From contig JAEOSU010000072.1 of NCBI GenBank assembly GCA_016840165.1, positions 192,001 through 256,000 of the forward strand: 64,000 nucleotides of DNA, given 5' to 3'. Source of the stretch: Promethearchaeota archaeon. GTDB taxonomy: Archaea; Asgardarchaeota; Lokiarchaeia; Sigyniarchaeales; SOKP01. Under the pieces are notes generated by a model. That model was given only the letters and a program-made list of their open reading frames with translations. It was not told the origin of the DNA and ran no database searches. Of this stretch, positions 29,016-38,889 are shown one piece after another. The translations under genes and the position numbers were made by a program. Within the stretch, counting starts at the first letter, position 1. Each line of letters opens with the position of its first letter.

Positions 29016-30251
29016 TTATTTTGTTTCTTTTTTCTCAATGATTTTAGTAAAATCTGTAAGTGCAAAAATAATCATACAGATGCACAATAGAACTGAAATA
29101 TATAAAAATGCCCAGAACTCTGAAAAGATATCATAAATGAATCCAAAAATAATGGATTCTGCCATACTAATAAAGCCAACTGAAAAATAATAATATCCAT
29201 AAGCCCTTCCCCTTTTATCTTTCCCAACTAGATCAGCAATATATGCACGTGAAATAGGATCTACTGCGGCCATATAGAATCCATAAAATATGTATATAAT
29301 AGTGATTAGGATGATTGAAAAAAGAGATTGAGTGATTGGAAACATTAAAATTACGCACGAGAGTAATAAGAGAGATAAGCCTGCTAAAATGACTGGTTTT
29401 CGACCAATTTTGTCTGAAAAAGATCCTGTTATCGGTGAAAAAATAGCATATACAATATTTAAAATGGCATATAATAAAGGAATAAGAAACACTAAATTGA
29501 TTGGAACAAAGTCTGCGGCTCGGATAATCAAGAAAGAAATATTTAAACTAGCAAACTCAATGACACCTAAAATTATAATTAATTTGATGAAATTTTTATC
29601 AATCTTATTATAACTAGCTTTATTGTCGTTATCAATTGGTTGCTTGACTAGTTCTTGAGACGAGACGTCTTTTACAAATAGAACGAGAACTATTGCTATG
29701 ATTCCCGGAAATATAGTAAAAAAGATAATATTTGAAAATGCCCAATTAAAAAACAGCAATATGACTGCAAGAAAAGAACCCGTTACAGCTCCTAATGTAT
29801 CCATAGCGCGATGGATTCCAAAAGATTTCCCTTTTTCCACAGCATAATAGGAAATTAAAGCATCTCGAGATGAAGTTCGCAATCCTTTACCAATCCTATC
29901 GGTTGCTTTTAGTCCTAAAACAAATTCCCATGATGGGCTAAATCCAATAAAAGGTTTAGATATATTAGACAGAGAATATCCCAAGACTACGAAGGGTTTT
30001 CTTTTATTAATTTTATCACTAATCCAGCCAGTTATCCCCTTTAAAATATTAGCAATGGCATCAGAAACTCCAGAAATTAGACCTAATACTAACCCTGTAC
30101 CACCAATTTCAAAAATAAACAAAGGGAGGATACTTTGAATTGTCTCACTTGAGATGTCCGTAAAAAAAGAAACTAATCCCATAAGAAAAACAGGGAACGA
30201 AACACCTAAAATGGTAGTTCTCCTTGAAATTAGTTTCTTACTTTCACTCAT
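29016..30251 (-). CDS. MFS transporter
   Basis: About 12 TM; GWISDKINKRKP and GSFSDKIGRKP motif A; FGIHRAMDTLGA. Confidence 0.92.
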   Translation of the reverse strand: MSESKKLISRRTTILGVSFPVFLMGLVSFFTDISSETIQSILPLFIFEIGGTGLVLGLISGVSDAIANILKGITGWISDKINKRKPFVVLGYSLSNISKPFIGFSPSWEFVLGLKATDRIGKGLRTSSRDALISYYAVEKGKSFGIHRAMDTLGAVTGSFLAVILLFFNWAFSNIIFFTIFPGIIAIVLVLFVKDVSSQELVKQPIDNDNKASYNKIDKNFIKLIIILGVIEFASLNISFLIIRAADFVPINLVFLIPLLYAILNIVYAIFSPITGSFSDKIGRKPVILAGLSLLLLSCVILMFPITQSLFSIILITIIYIFYGFYMAAVDPISRAYIADLVGKDKRGRAYGYYYFSVGFISMAESIIFGFIYDIFSEFWAFLYISVLLCICMIIFALTDFTKIIEKKETK

Positions 30252-30301
30252 AATATCTTATAATTGATAATCTTATATTCTTATTAAATAATATTGAATT
30301 T

Positions 30302-32074
30302 TTATATAGGGAGCAAGGAGTTTAAAACAGTACTAATCCCTAATACGCTAGAAATGACTGTCGCAAAAAAGAATTGAATTATATTAAAGGAGCTGAGTAT
30401 AGTCAAACTGAAACTTTTAGTATTTTCATATATATAGGTATTTTGAATGATTACTACAGTATAAACTGCATAAGTAAATATCACCGATGGAAAGAAAAAC
30501 CATGAAAAGGTTTGCGAAATAAGAAATGTCTGAATAAAGAGTGAAATGGCGATGGTCCATAAAGATTTCTTCCTTTCATTTTTAAGGAAACTAAGTTGTG
30601 GATATATGATTTTCCTGTAAAAAATTTCTATAGAAAAATAAACTGGGAATACTACTTCAGCAATAACTATCTGAATAAAACTTGAAGGCCATACAAAGGC
30701 AAATGGATAAGAGAATGTAAAAAGTGTGTAAATACCGATAAAATAAAAACTGGCGAAAAGAGCAAAAATTACATGTTTTAATCGAAATTGTGATTTTAGT
30801 AATTCTTTAAATTGAGTTAACCCAAATTTAGCTTGATCACGCTTCAGTTTATCATAATATTTTAGTGCTTTTATTAAAATATATACCACGGTAATGTTTA
30901 AGGAAGCATAAAAAATTCCAATTAGCCCAAAAAATCGCTCAAAAATTAACCAATTAAGTAAAAACATAGTTGTAAAGATGACTATTTTAGCAATTTGATA
31001 TGATTGACGTATTCGGGGATATTTTGACTGTTTATTATCCTTTTCAGTTTCAATTTTATCATTTTTATATGTAAAATATCGAGAAGTATAAGATGTTAGT
31101 AGAAGTACAATCAAAAACAATAAAAACATACAAAACAATAACGCAACATAATTGATTATAAATGTTATATGTATTGGTCCATTTATTGTCTCTGATCCAA
31201 AAAAGTATGTTTCGAACCATTTAATAGATTCAATTAAAACGATATCAGTGAAAAGCTGATGTCCTCCTCCAATTAATGGACCTGTGATTGGCAATACTGA
31301 GCAATTTGTCAATTCTTGGGCTTTTATTGCATTTTTAGTGAAATTAAGCATCTCATCTTCTATATGCATAATTACTAGAAGATTGTTAGTATTAGTGGCA
31401 TTGATGAGGTTTACAGGGATATAATCATTGTAATATTCAGTTTGAATAATTCCTATTTGCTCTGGTTCGAAGTTAACCAAGGGTGCCCAAGTAACAGTGA
31501 TATTGAATCGTGAATCGAGTGCTTGATTCATTAATACTACCATTCCACCCATAGAATGTCCTATTAAGCCAATCTGTGAGATATTCACATTAGAATAAAA
31601 TGGCATTTTTTCTAAAGTATCTAATAAATCAGAACAAGCCTGAGCGACAGCAGGTCTTTTAGTTATAGGATTTATGTCTATCACAGTACCTCCACTCTCA
31701 CCATGACCATGATAATCTAAAGAGACTAAATAAAAACCCCTCTTGGAAAATTCTATAGGAATTCGCAAATCAAAATCTCTTTGACTGCCTATACCATGAC
31801 AATAAATCAATAATGGTCTTTTATCTTGAAAATCTATCACTTTAGTTGGATAATAGAGATTAGCATAAAGTAATGAGCCAGATGATGAAAACTGAACACG
31901 TTCGTATCTACTGTAGCTTTGGAGTTTGTTTACATGAAGATAGGTAAGAGAGATTGTTAAAAAGATTATTAGAATTATGATTCTCCTAAAAAATTTTATA
32001 TCTTCCCTAGAAATATTATCCATAGATGAATGAACTCTTACAATATTAGTGATAATAGTATTATTCTTTCCCAT
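30302..32074 (-). CDS. Membrane-anchored alpha/beta hydrolase with a C-terminal multi-TM domain
   Basis: HGIG, DYHGHGES, GHSMGG nucleophile elbow; about eight C-terminal TM segments. Confidence 0.85.
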   Translation of the reverse strand: MGKNNTIITNIVRVHSSMDNISREDIKFFRRIIILIIFLTISLTYLHVNKLQSYSRYERVQFSSSGSLLYANLYYPTKVIDFQDKRPLLIYCHGIGSQRDFDLRIPIEFSKRGFYLVSLDYHGHGESGGTVIDINPITKRPAVAQACSDLLDTLEKMPFYSNVNISQIGLIGHSMGGMVVLMNQALDSRFNITVTWAPLVNFEPEQIGIIQTEYYNDYIPVNLINATNTNNLLVIMHIEDEMLNFTKNAIKAQELTNCSVLPITGPLIGGGHQLFTDIVLIESIKWFETYFFGSETINGPIHITFIINYVALLFCMFLLFLIVLLLTSYTSRYFTYKNDKIETEKDNKQSKYPRIRQSYQIAKIVIFTTMFLLNWLIFERFFGLIGIFYASLNITVVYILIKALKYYDKLKRDQAKFGLTQFKELLKSQFRLKHVIFALFASFYFIGIYTLFTFSYPFAFVWPSSFIQIVIAEVVFPVYFSIEIFYRKIIYPQLSFLKNERKKSLWTIAISLFIQTFLISQTFSWFFFPSVIFTYAVYTVVIIQNTYIYENTKSFSLTILSSFNIIQFFFATVISSVLGISTVLNSLLPI

Positions 32075-32152
32075 ATAAAATAATTTTGGGAAAGATATTG
32101 ATTTTCATTAAATTTATATCGATTGATTTAAAAATATATATTGTGATTTCTA

Positions 32153-32836
32153 ATGTCGGATGAAAGTACCCTTAATGTTATTGATGGAACTTTACGTTCT
32201 GTTGAAGAAAATTTTAAAAAGTTTATTGAAGTCCTTGAGACTGCCAAAAATGAGCTCATAATTTTGGAAAATGATAAAGCACAGCTCAGTCATGATAAGG
32301 ATTTACTTCAAAAAGAAAAAGAGCAATTAGAACAAGCAACCAACATGTTAGAAAAAGATAAGAACAATTTAGAAAGGGAAAAACAATTATTAGAAACAGA
32401 AAAACAAAAATTAGAAAAAGAAAAAGAAGAAAAGGAGCAAAAGATTGGAGAATTAACCAGCGAACAGTTACGTTTGTTAGATGAATACAAGAATTTAAAA
32501 GTAGAACTAAAAAAATTCATGAAAATAGCACAAGACCAAGAAGAGTCAGAATTCAATTTTGAAAGAATAAAAGCTTTATTGTCAATAACAATGCTTCTTA
32601 TTCAAGAGATCTGGCAAGGTCAACCTCATTACCGAATTTTGTTAACACTTCATGGAGAGAGGGAAGAAATGACTCGGGAACAACTTAAAAATACAACTGG
32701 AATTTCTGGAGCAATGGTTTTACGAGCGATTCATGAGTTAGTAAAGATAGATTTGGTGGAATATGATGAAGAGCGCTCACTTGTCAAATTAAAAAAGCGT
32801 TTATTTGAGAAAAAAGCCTTGGAAAAAAAAAGTTAA
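32153..32836 (+). CDS. Coiled-coil protein with a C-terminal winged helix
   Basis: Eight tandem L-E-x-[ED]-K heptads, then MTREQLKNTTGISGAMVLRAIHELVKIDLVEY. Confidence 0.8.
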   Translation: MSDESTLNVIDGTLRSVEENFKKFIEVLETAKNELIILENDKAQLSHDKDLLQKEKEQLEQATNMLEKDKNNLEREKQLLETEKQKLEKEKEEKEQKIGELTSEQLRLLDEYKNLKVELKKFMKIAQDQEESEFNFERIKALLSITMLLIQEIWQGQPHYRILLTLHGEREEMTREQLKNTTGISGAMVLRAIHELVKIDLVEYDEERSLVKLKKRLFEKKALEKKS

Positions 32837-32838
32837 TG

Positions 32839-33903
32839 TTATTTTACAATTACCATCTCGTGCAAAGCAGTTCCTTCGTCTTTATATTTTTTGCCATTAT
32901 GAGTGAAGTTAATCTCAAATTTTGAATTAAATCTAAAATATCCTGGATTTAGTTTTAGAACTTTATTTGCTAGAAAGCGTAATATTGGATTGAAGTCAGA
33001 AAGTAAAAGCTCAGCATCAATAATTTTTTCAACATTGAGAGTGATTTCATTTTGTTCAGATAATATAAATTTTAATGATTTGGGATAATTATTTTTTATT
33101 TTTTCATTATATTGGAAACTATTTTCCAAGAAATCAAATTCGCCCGTGCTAAGAATTATTTCATCATTTTTTGCAAGCATAAAGACTTTAATATTGTAGT
33201 TATCCATCTTCTCATTACAGCTAATATAAGCATAGATGATAGTCAAGTTTTCTGAATAGATTCGTCCCCAATGCCAATATTTTACAACTTTAATAGCATT
33301 AAAGCTTATCCAGTTGTGATCATGATATCCAAACCCTTTCACTGGTATTATCCTATTATATACTTTAATTGTTCCTTCTACTTTTGCTCTTGGTAGAGGT
33401 ACAACCCATCCAAATTCACCTATTTCACTAAATTGAACATATCCTCTACCCGGCATCCATCCAGGAACTTGAGCTGTGTATTTTAAATGAAGACCAAATT
33501 TACCCTCATCTAAAAATACTTCATATACAGGGAATTTTTCATTTGAATAGTCAACTTTTATATAATTATTATTAATCTGCAGATCTGCTAACTCATGAGA
33601 GACCTTTAGATCAGAACGACGATACTTATAGAAATTTTGTATTTTTGCCCCTTCAGGTGTATAGATAGTGATTTCTACACCTGTTTTCCCTGTACGTTGA
33701 TGCTTTGCACAAAAAAATCCAACTACAGTATATCCATCTTCAAGATGAGCATCAAAATACCACCATTCAGAATTTCCTCTTTTTTTCATATCTATATGTA
33801 TAGCATCATATTCGGGTTTAAATTTTGTTATATGCTCATCTTTTCTTCCTGGTCCAGACCATGCCTCAATTATTTTGAGTTTATTATTTTTCATTTTTCC
33901 CAT
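32839..33903 (-). CDS. Lipocalin-like CrtC/AttH (carotenoid hydratase / tocopherol cyclase-like) family protein
   Basis: EWWYFD, GFGYHDHNW and WHWGR motifs; ATG at 33903 avoids overlap with the upstream gene. Confidence 0.75.
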   Translation of the reverse strand: MGKMKNNKLKIIEAWSGPGRKDEHITKFKPEYDAIHIDMKKRGNSEWWYFDAHLEDGYTVVGFFCAKHQRTGKTGVEITIYTPEGAKIQNFYKYRRSDLKVSHELADLQINNNYIKVDYSNEKFPVYEVFLDEGKFGLHLKYTAQVPGWMPGRGYVQFSEIGEFGWVVPLPRAKVEGTIKVYNRIIPVKGFGYHDHNWISFNAIKVVKYWHWGRIYSENLTIIYAYISCNEKMDNYNIKVFMLAKNDEIILSTGEFDFLENSFQYNEKIKNNYPKSLKFILSEQNEITLNVEKIIDAELLLSDFNPILRFLANKVLKLNPGYFRFNSKFEINFTHNGKKYKDEGTALHEMVIVK

Positions 33904-33941
33904 CTTATTTTCACCATTCGTTTTATTTACTTTCAAAAATC

Positions 33942-34358
33942 CTATTTTTTTAGAAGTTCGAAAATCTTTAATAACGAGAGTAGTTTTAAAATACCCTTCA
34001 TTTTCACTTCCCTTACTAACCATTTGGCAATTATATTTAATATTGTAATTTTATCCATCGCTAAAGCGAGAAATAGTTGAGAATTCATCGAGATGAAACC
34101 ATCCCATCCAATTAGTTTCTTTTTTAAATTAGATGCAGGTTTATTTGGAACACTTTCGACCCTTAAAGAGCCCTCATTGATGGTTACCAGGGCAGCATGA
34201 TTTAAATTAGATGCATTGATTAGATATTTTTTCTTAAAATTTTTGAATTTTTGTTTGAATTCTTGATTCTGATTTAGAGGATCCATTATTTTTTTAATAA
34301 GTCCTGCAAATCCTCTTGCTTCTGGATTTATCAATTCTTGTTCATTCATTTTTCTCAT
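33942..34358 (-). CDS. SCP2 sterol/lipid-carrier-like protein
   Basis: SCP2-like pattern D.FISM.SQLFLALA..KI......W....VKMKG...LL.L. Confidence 0.6.
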   Translation of the reverse strand: MRKMNEQELINPEARGFAGLIKKIMDPLNQNQEFKQKFKNFKKKYLINASNLNHAALVTINEGSLRVESVPNKPASNLKKKLIGWDGFISMNSQLFLALAMDKITILNIIAKWLVREVKMKGILKLLSLLKIFELLKK

Positions 34359-34382
34359 TCACACTCATAATGATAAAAAGTT

Positions 34383-35942
34383 TTATTTTGCAGAAATATA
34401 GAATCCCGAATCGGCGATGTTGTTTGGGTCAAAAGCTTTTTTTATCTTTCTTAGCCATTTATGATAATTCATCATATGCGGACCAAACATATTATGCATT
34501 CTATCACCCTCAACGAAAAATGGTGCTCCAAGATGCTTAACTAAGTCAAAATGATAATTTTCTTCCATGTTTTCAGCAAATCCTTTAACACTTTTTTCAT
34601 CAGTTTGATCAAACATTGTAGGAGATTCAATATGAAAATAATGCCCTGATTCATATGATGTTATCCAGACCCCCTCTCCAAAATCATTTCCAATTACTCC
34701 TTTCTTTATATATTTTTTTTTTAAAGGTATACTCATTTTAGTAGTATTTAAACATAATCTAGCTGTATCACATTGACCTTTTGACGACTGAAAACCTCCA
34801 GTTACGATAAATCCATGAAGACCCAAATTCGAACGTAAGGCTTCAGCATAGAAGAGGCTATTGGGTGTGTATTTAGATCCAATTACATTTTCTAATTTAA
34901 ATTCACTCATTAACATATTCATTACTTTTTGTTTATATTCAAATTCACGTTTAGTTCTTGCTGCAATAAGGACTAATAAAGGTGCTCGTATACTAACAAT
35001 TGGTATTTTGTCCATTAACGATTCAATACTATTAGAAAAAATTGCTCCTAAACCATACCCAGATAAATGACTACAAATGAATGAGATTTCCTCCTCTTCG
35101 ACTCTGTAAAAGACTTTTTCTAAATGTTTATAGTTCTTACAATCCATAACATATAATTTCATAAAGTCAGGAATCTCAAATTCATAATTAGGAGAATTGC
35201 CTTTTAATTTAAATTTGGTACTACAGGGATATGGAAAAAGTTTAAATGCAACTTTTGTAAACACACCTATGCCTGATTTTGCTCCTGCCCACCCACGCAT
35301 TATCCCTCTTAAACTTGGACCTGGACCATCTCCATTATACCAATCTGGATCATTTTTCAAACCCGTTGAACCTAACCTTAAGATTTCTCCATCAGGTAAA
35401 ACCCATTCAACACCTAATACATTTCGGGCACTATGACCAGTATGTGGAGAGGTAAATCCTGGTCCATTCATGCTAGTGGCACTAGCTAAAGGTGAAACTT
35501 GGGGTCCCGCTCCAGGCATATGGACTGTCAAACCATATTTCATGGTTTCTACTTGTAGTTGTGCTCCACTTACGTATGGTTCAACAACTGCATAAAGATT
35601 CTTATCATCAATTTTTACAATCTTATTCATCCTACGTAAGTCTAATATAATACTATTTTCTGATGACGGCTGGTTCCATGGCCCAAGCCCGGTAGATTGA
35701 GCTTTAAACTGAAGATTAAATTTATTGCAAATCTTAATAATTTGTTGAACTTCTTCTGAACTAGAAGGTAAGATTACAGCTTTTGGAACTGGAGAAAATG
35801 GAATAGCCTCTTTCTCTTCCATATAATTTACGAATTCGGTGCACCAATTATATGAATAGGCATTTGTCATTACTTCACTATCATCAATATTCTTTGATCC
35901 AACTACATTTTGAAATTCTTCTAATATCTGCTTCTTTAGCAT
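34383..35942 (-). CDS. FAD-binding oxidoreductase, VAO/PCMH (GlcD-like) family, copy B
   Basis: P.AVILP.S.EEVQ.I, LDLRRMNKI, VVEPYV, LGVEWVLPDG, IKKAFDPNN. Confidence 0.88.
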   Translation of the reverse strand: MLKKQILEEFQNVVGSKNIDDSEVMTNAYSYNWCTEFVNYMEEKEAIPFSPVPKAVILPSSSEEVQQIIKICNKFNLQFKAQSTGLGPWNQPSSENSIILDLRRMNKIVKIDDKNLYAVVEPYVSGAQLQVETMKYGLTVHMPGAGPQVSPLASATSMNGPGFTSPHTGHSARNVLGVEWVLPDGEILRLGSTGLKNDPDWYNGDGPGPSLRGIMRGWAGAKSGIGVFTKVAFKLFPYPCSTKFKLKGNSPNYEFEIPDFMKLYVMDCKNYKHLEKVFYRVEEEEISFICSHLSGYGLGAIFSNSIESLMDKIPIVSIRAPLLVLIAARTKREFEYKQKVMNMLMSEFKLENVIGSKYTPNSLFYAEALRSNLGLHGFIVTGGFQSSKGQCDTARLCLNTTKMSIPLKKKYIKKGVIGNDFGEGVWITSYESGHYFHIESPTMFDQTDEKSVKGFAENMEENYHFDLVKHLGAPFFVEGDRMHNMFGPHMMNYHKWLRKIKKAFDPNNIADSGFYISAK

Positions 35943-35944
35943 AT

Positions 35945-37249
35945 TTAAGCAACCTCTGCTAATACTTGCTTTAATTTTTCAGAATCTAACCCTAAAGCCA
36001 TTAACAATAATTCACTAATATCAAAATATCTTAATTTTGAACCACTATCTTTTATCCCATCTTGTAAATTAGTTGAGCAAAATGGACAAGCAGAGACTAA
36101 AATATCAGCTCCAGTTTCCTCTGCTTCTTCTATTCTTATTTTTGCAGTATCAAGAGCCATCTCAGGGAATGCAGATTTGACTCCCGCTCCTGCCCCACAA
36201 CAATAAGCATATTCTTTAATTCTTTCCATTTCTACAAGTTTCAACCCAGGAATTTTATTTAAGATAGCTCGAGGAGCATCATAAATTCCTTTTTTACCAG
36301 TTCTTTTAGGTTTTGGAGGGATATTAATTGAGACTAATGGCATTAATTGTACTTCATCTCCTTCCCATTGTTCATATCTCTCTGCGTTCCTTCCAAGATG
36401 ACAAGGATCATGATAGGTTGCGGTTAGTGGTATTTCCTTAGTTAAATTCAGTTTATTTTCTTCAAGTAATCGATTAAAGAATTCCACCGTATGAAGCACT
36501 TCAAAATTGTAATCACGATATAAGGGATAATCTACCTTAAAAGTATCATAACATCCTGCACAACTGAATACAACTGTCTCTATACCTCTCGATTCAATAA
36601 TTTCGATGTTTTTATTCAAAATTTCTTGAAAAGTAGGAATATCCCCAGTTCTTAATATTGGACTACCGCAGCAATATTCGTTATCTCCTAAGATATCAAA
36701 TGGTATTCCTGCTGCATTCATAATTCTAGCTGCTGCTAATGCCATTTCCTGTCTCCTATATGAAGAAGTACATCCAATATAATAGAGTACTTTAGCATCA
36801 TGATCAACTTCAATATCATCCGGAAGCCAATCCATTCTATTCTCATGAGGTTCATTATATGGATTGTTTACCTTCTTAGTTGCGGCAATATAAGCTTTCT
36901 GCTTTGGCATTGGCCCATAACCTGTTTCAACTAACTTCTCTCTTAATCTCATCATTATTTCAAGGGGTTCTAATGTATAAAGAAATTTACATGAAATAGC
37001 ACAATTACCGCATTCAGTACATTTATAAACAATCTCTAATAATTCCTTGGATGGTTTAATTCTGCCCATTTCCAATGCTAATGCTAAAATAATTTTTCCA
37101 CCTCCACTATAGGGATGATAATTATAGAGATCAATAGCAGGGCAAGCAGTTGCATATTTTTGACTTTTAATTTGAACTTGGGGAATCCATTTGCAAATTG
37201 AACAGCGCAAGCACCGCTTTATCATTTTTTGATATTCTTCTTCATTCAT
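35945..37249 (-). CDS. Fe-S oxidoreductase with two CCG domains (GlcF/HdrD-like)
   Basis: CLRCSIC, CTECGNCAISC, YCCG, YHDPCHLGR, CCGAG, SACPFC. Confidence 0.9.
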   Translation of the reverse strand: MNEEEYQKMIKRCLRCSICKWIPQVQIKSQKYATACPAIDLYNYHPYSGGGKIILALALEMGRIKPSKELLEIVYKCTECGNCAISCKFLYTLEPLEIMMRLREKLVETGYGPMPKQKAYIAATKKVNNPYNEPHENRMDWLPDDIEVDHDAKVLYYIGCTSSYRRQEMALAAARIMNAAGIPFDILGDNEYCCGSPILRTGDIPTFQEILNKNIEIIESRGIETVVFSCAGCYDTFKVDYPLYRDYNFEVLHTVEFFNRLLEENKLNLTKEIPLTATYHDPCHLGRNAERYEQWEGDEVQLMPLVSINIPPKPKRTGKKGIYDAPRAILNKIPGLKLVEMERIKEYAYCCGAGAGVKSAFPEMALDTAKIRIEEAEETGADILVSACPFCSTNLQDGIKDSGSKLRYFDISELLLMALGLDSEKLKQVLAEVA

Positions 37250-38765
37250 CTTGGTTCCTTTTGTTTTTTTCTTTATTCAATAAAATTCTTTTTAATTTAT
37301 CATCAAAACAGAGAACCCCAGGATTTAATACGTTGTTTGGATCAAATATATCTTTAACTTTTTTCAAAGCTAGGGATGTTTGTTTATCATGTCTTGCATA
37401 CATTTCTTTTGCCCAGAAACCATATGGGCGATTAAAGAAAGCTCCAGAATCCATTAAATCTGAACTAATTTCTAAAAATAACCTTTTTATTTCTTTAATT
37501 CTAATTTTTTCAATTGGATCATAAAAAAGGTCAAACTCACAATGATATGAACTCCCTTGATTTATAGGTTGAATATATACTCCCATCTCATCATTGTATT
37601 TCGATTCTACCATTAAAATATACTTTAAAATATTCTTAAAATTGCTAATAAAGAAAATATCTTGATATTGGCCTTTATACCTAGCTCTCCAGGGCTCTAA
37701 AGTAGAAATATTTACACATTTTAAAATATCATCAAAATTATTGAGATTAGATTTCTCTAAATGTTCAAAATTAGATGTTTCAATCAGGTCGTTTATATCT
37801 CCATCAAGATAATCTAGTTTATCTTTAGCCAATTCACCTCTTCCAGATATTATAAATACTAAGTTCCATTTTGAAAGAGCATCAGAAAATTTTTTTATTT
37901 CCTCTTTTTTCTCCTTGAGTAAACATGCTAAATTTAAATTATTTAAGATAAAGGTTTCATCGCATAATCTATATTTAACTAATTTTTGTTGAAAATCTAA
38001 TAATTCTTCAATATTATTTGATTGATAATGAAATACTTTTTGAAGGGTAGGAATTAATTCTAATTTCAGTGTAGCCCACGAAACAATACCAAGACTACCT
38101 TGTGCTCCTTGTATCACTCTATAAGGACTAAATTGAGTAGGTCCCATGGGATTCACATGAGCTAATCCCTTTTTTCTTTGTTGTTTAATTGATCCTGAAC
38201 CCGCAGCCGTTCCAGTCCTAAATAAATCTCCGGTTCCAAAAACAACTTCTATACATAACAATGGATCAGAACTATCCCAATGATATCGTGGAATTATAAT
38301 AGGTTCTCGCTCAAGAGCACTTGTAATTACAGATTTCGTTCCAGTAGGGTAAAGAGGTAATAATAATTTTAAACCTTTTTTTTTAAGTATAGGAATTAGA
38401 GAAGCAAAATTTACCCCAGGTTCAATCTTAACCACTCTGTTTTTCCTATCAACGGATAGAATTCTGTTCATTTTGGACAAATTCATAATAATAGAATCTT
38501 CTTTTCTAGGAATCGTATCTCCATGATGTCTAAATTTAGAATTTGAACTTATAGGAACAACGGAAAAATTCATTTGGTTAGCAATTTTTAAGATTTTAAT
38601 TATTTGCTGTACTTTATTAGGCCAAACTATAAATTTAGGCTTACTTCCTATTAAAAAGCTCTTATCAAAAGAATAATCTTCTAAAAGCACAGGATTATTT
38701 GAGATATTTTTAGAACCACAAATTTTAGATAGACTATGATATAAAGTGTCTTCATTTATCTTCAT
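37242..38765 (-). CDS. FAD-binding oxidoreductase, VAO/PCMH family, copy A
   Basis: LSKMNRI, IEPGV, GAQGSLGIV, GAFFNRPYG, VKDIFDPNNVLNPG; ATG at 38765. Confidence 0.88.
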   Translation of the reverse strand: MKINEDTLYHSLSKICGSKNISNNPVLLEDYSFDKSFLIGSKPKFIVWPNKVQQIIKILKIANQMNFSVVPISSNSKFRHHGDTIPRKEDSIIMNLSKMNRILSVDRKNRVVKIEPGVNFASLIPILKKKGLKLLLPLYPTGTKSVITSALEREPIIIPRYHWDSSDPLLCIEVVFGTGDLFRTGTAAGSGSIKQQRKKGLAHVNPMGPTQFSPYRVIQGAQGSLGIVSWATLKLELIPTLQKVFHYQSNNIEELLDFQQKLVKYRLCDETFILNNLNLACLLKEKKEEIKKFSDALSKWNLVFIISGRGELAKDKLDYLDGDINDLIETSNFEHLEKSNLNNFDDILKCVNISTLEPWRARYKGQYQDIFFISNFKNILKYILMVESKYNDEMGVYIQPINQGSSYHCEFDLFYDPIEKIRIKEIKRLFLEISSDLMDSGAFFNRPYGFWAKEMYARHDKQTSLALKKVKDIFDPNNVLNPGVLCFDDKLKRILLNKEKNKRNQDE

Positions 38766-38889
38766 AAAATCAACTATAAAACACAATAAATAGCAACAAT
38801 TTTTTAATCTATAAAGATGTTTTGATTAAGTGACTTTTAAATATGGATGAAATCTATTTTTTTTATTAATAAAAAAAAAGGGTGAAAAA

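Noticed and set aside
33904-34023. N-terminal extension of the 394-aa ORF
   Set aside because: It overlaps the SCP2-like gene in another frame; ATG 33903 gives a non-overlapping start
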